Positions 60,072 through 64,000 of a stretch of DNA of 64,000 nucleotides are shown in pieces. Position 1 is the stretch's first letter. The number at the start of each line of letters is the position of its first letter. The notes below the pieces were generated by a model. The model made no database searches, was not told the origin of the DNA, and saw nothing but the letters and a program-made list of their open reading frames with translations. The position numbers were made by a program, and so were the translations under genes. Where the stretch lies: the NCBI GenBank assembly GCA_965228735.1, contig OZ245838.1, positions 2,208,001-2,272,000 on the forward strand, in the 5' to 3' direction. The DNA comes from Planctomycetota bacterium (GTDB lineage Bacteria > Planctomycetota > UBA1135 > UBA2386).

Positions 60072-60914
60072 TCAGTCGCGACGCTCCCGCAGGCGAAACG
60101 CGAACGCGCAGGTCACCACGTCCCCGACCTTCTGCGGCTTCCCCTGCAGATCCAACGCGACCAGCCGCAGTGGGCCGTCCTCACGGCTCGCGATCGCCGC
60201 GAGCTCGGCGTGCAGGGCCTTGCGCTGGTTCTCGGCGTTGGTCGCGCCGAGTCGATACGTGATCTGGAAGGCCGGTGCCGCAAACGTGTTGAGCGAGATC
60301 CGGACCACCTCCCGTTCCTCGCGTTCGTTGGCGATCCTGATGAGCTCAGCGACCGCGTCAGCGACCCGCGCCAGCTCGTGGTACTCGACGTCGCGCCCTT
60401 TGCGCGCCTGCCGAAACCCGACCTGGAACTCCGCCGCCGACCACTTGCCGTCGTCGTCGCCGCGCTCCAGAACGAGCTGTCGAACGCGCCAGATCTTGGA
60501 CCGGTCGAACGCCCGCACGAGTTCGAGCAACAGTTCGCTCGCGAGGCGGCGTGGCTCGCGCTCGTGCCGGAAGTTCAACGTGCACTTCACGTCTTCCAGC
60601 ACTTCGGCGGCCGGGTCCTTCGAAGGCACCGGACGAGCAGGCTTCGCTCCAGGCCGCTTCTTCTCTGGCAGCTTCTTCTTTGGCAGGTTCGTGTCTGGCA
60701 GGTTCGTCGCGGGCACGGGCACCCGGCGCGGGCCGCGAATGCTGAAGTCGGCGCCCTTGGCACCTCGGTCATGATTCGCGAGCACTGCCAGCACCGTCGC
60801 GCCGATCATGGTCCGCGGCTGGCGCTCACGCGCGGGAACTTCACCGCTCGGGATCCCCTGGCCCGGCAGGCCAGCCGCGACCGAGAACGCGAGCACGACG
60901 AAGCGGTGGCGCAT
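60072..60914 (-). CDS. Secreted hypothetical protein with a Lys/Pro-rich linker
   Basis: ATG at 60914 gives a signal-like [19 protein letters not shown]. 15-bp-period repeat [17 protein letters not shown]. Helical C-terminal half. Fills the gap between two real genes. Confidence 0.55.
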   Translation of the reverse strand: MRHRFVVLAFSVAAGLPGQGIPSGEVPARERQPRTMIGATVLAVLANHDRGAKGADFSIRGPRRVPVPATNLPDTNLPKKKLPEKKRPGAKPARPVPSKDPAAEVLEDVKCTLNFRHEREPRRLASELLLELVRAFDRSKIWRVRQLVLERGDDDGKWSAAEFQVGFRQARKGRDVEYHELARVADAVAELIRIANEREEREVVRISLNTFAAPAFQITYRLGATNAENQRKALHAELAAIASREDGPLRLVALDLQGKPQKVGDVVTCAFAFRLRERRD

Positions 60915-61002
60915 CGCTGTAATCGACAGCAACGGGCACCGCGGTATTCCGCGAATCCCGGAATCGCGACCTCGAAGGCGACAACCCCACCCTCGAGGCC
61001 AC

Positions 61003-62454
61003 ATGATCCGGACCGTGTTCCCTCGCCTCCGGCGTCTCGTCCTCACCGCCTCGCTCGGCATCAGTGCGTTGCTGCTCGCGTGCAGCAGCGCGCCCCAGCG
61101 GCGCGAGCGTCCGAACGTCCTGCTGATCTGCGTCGACGACCTGCGACCCGAGCTCGCGTGCTTCGGCGTGCCCTACGTCCGGTCGCCCAACATCGATCGA
61201 CTCGCGGCTGCGGGACGCGCATTTCGACGGCACTACGTGCAGGCGCCGACCTGCGGCGCGTCGCGCGCGAGCCTGCTGACGGGTCGCTATCTCGGCGGCG
61301 GCAACGGCGCACTCTTCCGCCGCGCGAAACAGCTGCAGCAGAAGCCCGATGCCGTGCCGCCGAGCCTGCCCGCGTGGTTCCGCCGCGCGGGCTACACGAC
61401 CGTGTCGGTCGGCAAGGTCTCGCACCACCCCGGCGGCCGCGGCGGCAAGGACTGGAACGACGACGCGCAGCTCGAGATGCCCGATTCGTGGGACCGGCAC
61501 CTGTTGCCCGCCGGCCCATGGCAGCATCCGCGCGGCTGGATGCACGGCCTCGCCAACGGCGAGATCCGAGAACGCGCGGGCGACATGGACGTGCTGCAGG
61601 CGGTAGACGGCCCGGACTCGATCTACCCCGACGGCATCAGCGTCGACCGCGCGCTCGCCGAACTCGACGAGCTCGCGGCAGCGGACGAACCGTTCTTCCT
61701 CGCCGTCGGCATCCTGCGGCCGCACCTGCCGTTCGGCGCGCCAGCGAAGTACCTCGCGCCATACGCGGACATCGAGTTGCCAGCCATCCCGCACCCGGAC
61801 AAGCCCGAGGGCAAGACGACGTGGCACCGATCCGGCGAGTTCATGAAGTACAACCGCTGGGGCAAGGACCCCAACGAGAACGCGGAGTTCGCCGACGAGG
61901 TCCGCCGCCACTACGCGGCGTGCGTCTCGTACGCGGACGCGCAGGTCGGTCGCGTTCTGCAGAAGCTGCAGGCCACCGGCCGCGCCGACGACACGATCGT
62001 CGTGCTGTGGGGCGATCACGGCTGGCACCTCGGCGAACACGCGGTGTGGGGCAAGCACACCCTCTTCGAGGAGTCGCTGCGGTCGCCGCTCATCATCACG
62101 CATGCCGACCTGCCGTCGCCAGGCGCCGCGACCGACGCCGTGGTCGAAACGCTCGACCTGTTCCCGACGCTCTGCGAACTGGCCGACCTGCCGATCCCCG
62201 ACTTCGTCGACGGCAGCTCCCTCGGCCCGTTCCTCGCCGACCCGAACGGCATTGGCCACCCCGCGATCGCCTACCACGGCGGCGCCCGCACGATCCGCAC
62301 CGCCACCCACCGACTCATCGTCCACGAGTCGGGCACGACCGAGCTCTACGACCACACGACCGCGGCCGGCGAAACGCAGAACGTCGCCGCCGCGAACCCA
62401 GGCCTGGTGGCCGAGCTCACGGCGACGATGCAGACCCGCCTCACGCGCAGGTAG
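61003..62454 (+). CDS. Sulfatase (iduronate-2-sulfatase/choline-sulfatase-like), probable lipoprotein
   Basis: LLLA-C lipobox, [25 protein letters not shown] (CxAxR), [30 protein letters not shown]. Confidence 0.93.
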   Translation: MIRTVFPRLRRLVLTASLGISALLLACSSAPQRRERPNVLLICVDDLRPELACFGVPYVRSPNIDRLAAAGRAFRRHYVQAPTCGASRASLLTGRYLGGGNGALFRRAKQLQQKPDAVPPSLPAWFRRAGYTTVSVGKVSHHPGGRGGKDWNDDAQLEMPDSWDRHLLPAGPWQHPRGWMHGLANGEIRERAGDMDVLQAVDGPDSIYPDGISVDRALAELDELAAADEPFFLAVGILRPHLPFGAPAKYLAPYADIELPAIPHPDKPEGKTTWHRSGEFMKYNRWGKDPNENAEFADEVRRHYAACVSYADAQVGRVLQKLQATGRADDTIVVLWGDHGWHLGEHAVWGKHTLFEESLRSPLIITHADLPSPGAATDAVVETLDLFPTLCELADLPIPDFVDGSSLGPFLADPNGIGHPAIAYHGGARTIRTATHRLIVHESGTTELYDHTTAAGETQNVAAANPGLVAELTATMQTRLTRR

Positions 62455-62463
62455 CAGCGGCTG

Positions 62464-64000
62464 CTACAGGTTGCCAATCGTGCCGACGACGCCGTTGCTG
62501 GCCGCGAGGCCGTAGGCGTTGATGCCGGGCACGAGCGCGCCGCCCTGGGCGTAGATCGACAGACCGATGAAGGACGGGCTCGCCGGGATCTGGAGGCTGA
62601 ACACCGGGCTCGGCAGCGGCAGGAACGCGAGGATGCTCGCGGCGCCATCCGTGTATGCGGTGCACCCCGGCGCGTTCGCGCCGAGCGGACGGTCCGGGTT
62701 GGTCACATCGAGCTGGACGAAGCCGAACACGGCCCCGCCCGGCAGACCGGTGAGATCGAGATCCCATACCGTGCAGCTGACGGGTCGGTTGAGCGGCTCG
62801 AGCATCGGGCCGTTGCAGCCCGCGCCGAACGTCATCGCGGTCGCCGGGGTCTGACCCGTCGCGGGGCGGTTGGTCAGGTAGAGCAACGTGAACTGCGCGT
62901 CGGCCGGATTGCCGCTGCTGTCGAACGTGTTCACGTAGACCTGCGTGCCGCTCGCGAGACCCTGGCCGTTCCAGTAATCGACGGCCGCGTATTCCGACCC
63001 ACCGCCGTACGGCGTGACCTGGACCGTCGTGCTCTGGAAGGCCACGAGGTCGGGCAGCTCGACGCGGTAAACACCCGTCGAGACCCGTTCGATGAGCTCC
63101 TGGTTCGCCGGGCCGACGGTGCCGTTGCTGTCGGTGTAGTCCGGCGCCGGCGTGTAGCTCGCGGCCATTGGCGAACCCGCCCACACGTGCCCGCCGGAGC
63201 CGACGGTGTCACCGACCGGCGCGGCCTTCTCGTTGTAGCTGAGCACGAACTGTCCGTCCGCGGGGTTGCCGCTCGCATCGTAGAGCACCAACTCGGCGTA
63301 GGCATCGTCACCGCTGTTGTCCCAACCGACGACGGAAGCGCGACGGAGCTCGTCGCCGTACGGCGTCACCTGAACGTGGCCGAACTCCGGTCCCGCGGCC
63401 GCGAGCCCCGGAAGAGTCACGATGTAGTTGCCGAGGCCGGCGCGCACGATCGTCGGGCTGCCGCGGTCGGCGTTCCACGAGTAGGCCGGCGCGGGCGTGT
63501 AGCTCGGATTGGCCGGGTAGTTCGCCCACAGGTAGGCCTCACGGTTCTGGTTGTTGCCGCCGCGACGGAAGCGGACCAGGAACGCCTTGTCGTTGACCGG
63601 ATTGCCCGCGGCATCGTAGAGCTCGACGGTCGCCCGCACGTCATCACCGATCGCGTTCCAGCTTCGCACGACCGCGGTGTGGTTGCCGTTGTAGGCGCAC
63701 GCGTGCACCGCGCCGTACTTCGGCGCCATGCCAGGGAAGTTGACGACGAAACGGTTCGAGAACCCGGGAACGCGGTCGACGGTGATCGCCTCACCCGATG
63801 TCGTGAACTGGTAGTTCATGCCCGGGGTGAAGCTGGCACCCTGGCCCACCGGCACAACGTGCGCCCACGCCACGGCCTGCGAGACTGCCGGGCGATTCGT
63901 GAGGTACCGCAGCACGAAGCGCTCGTCCGCCAGGTTGCCGGCGGGATCGAACGTGTGCACGCGCACGGTCGTGCCGTTGCAGCCGTCATCGCCCCAGCGA
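62464..64000 (-). CDS. Secreted beta-rich repeat protein, paralogue 3 (5' part beyond the window end)
   Basis: Reading frame is open to the window edge. Aligns with the second half of paralogues 1 and 2 (TNRPA..AWA..GNHTAVV..YSWNADRGSP..LAASNGVVGTIG). Confidence 0.9.
   Translation of the reverse strand, partial: RWGDDGCNGTTVRVHTFDPAGNLADERFVLRYLTNRPAVSQAVAWAHVVPVGQGASFTPGMNYQFTTSGEAITVDRVPGFSNRFVVNFPGMAPKYGAVHACAYNGNHTAVVRSWNAIGDDVRATVELYDAAGNPVNDKAFLVRFRRGGNNQNREAYLWANYPANPSYTPAPAYSWNADRGSPTIVRAGLGNYIVTLPGLAAAGPEFGHVQVTPYGDELRRASVVGWDNSGDDAYAELVLYDASGNPADGQFVLSYNEKAAPVGDTVGSGGHVWAGSPMAASYTPAPDYTDSNGTVGPANQELIERVSTGVYRVELPDLVAFQSTTVQVTPYGGGSEYAAVDYWNGQGLASGTQVYVNTFDSSGNPADAQFTLLYLTNRPATGQTPATAMTFGAGCNGPMLEPLNRPVSCTVWDLDLTGLPGGAVFGFVQLDVTNPDRPLGANAPGCTAYTDGAASILAFLPLPSPVFSLQIPASPSFIGLSIYAQGGALVPGINAYGLAASNGVVGTIGNL

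Noticed and set aside
60420..60465. EF-hand in the hypothetical protein ([12 protein letters not shown])
   Set aside because: A single imperfect loop lacking the first Asp; insufficient evidence.
24762..64000. Diversity-generating retroelement or cassette switching among the three paralogues
   Set aside because: No reverse transcriptase or recombinase in the window. The copies differ throughout rather than at adenines, and I saw no near-identical template/variable repeat pair.

Overview
High-GC, gene-dense bacterial DNA with a strong Planctomycetota signature: two DUF1549/DUF1553 + DUF1501 modules, a planctomycete-type cytochrome c, sulfatases, an ECF sigma factor paired with a Ser/Thr kinase, and a membrane-anchored ECF. 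About 31 CDSs are supported. I saw no rRNA, tRNA, CRISPR array, transposase or integrase. Many long ORFs in the track are antisense or out-of-frame GC shadows. The best candidate for an undescribed system is a tightly packed minus-strand four-gene operon (33017-44188), preceded by a 1.1 kb non-coding region. It encodes (i) a 1669-aa transmembrane pseudokinase with Ig/IPT-like repeats on both sides of the membrane and a helical C-terminus, (ii) a coiled-coil lipoprotein, (iii) a dynamin-like GTPase and (iv) an atypical Hsp70-fold ATPase. Other notable items are three dispersed paralogues of a secreted (ABC)2 repeat protein sharing a conserved C-terminal domain, an SGNH hydrolase fused to a decayed carbamoyltransferase N-terminal domain, and an STK-ECF-astacin/FG-GAP/lamin-tail cluster. 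All domain calls come from motif recognition by eye, not from database searches.
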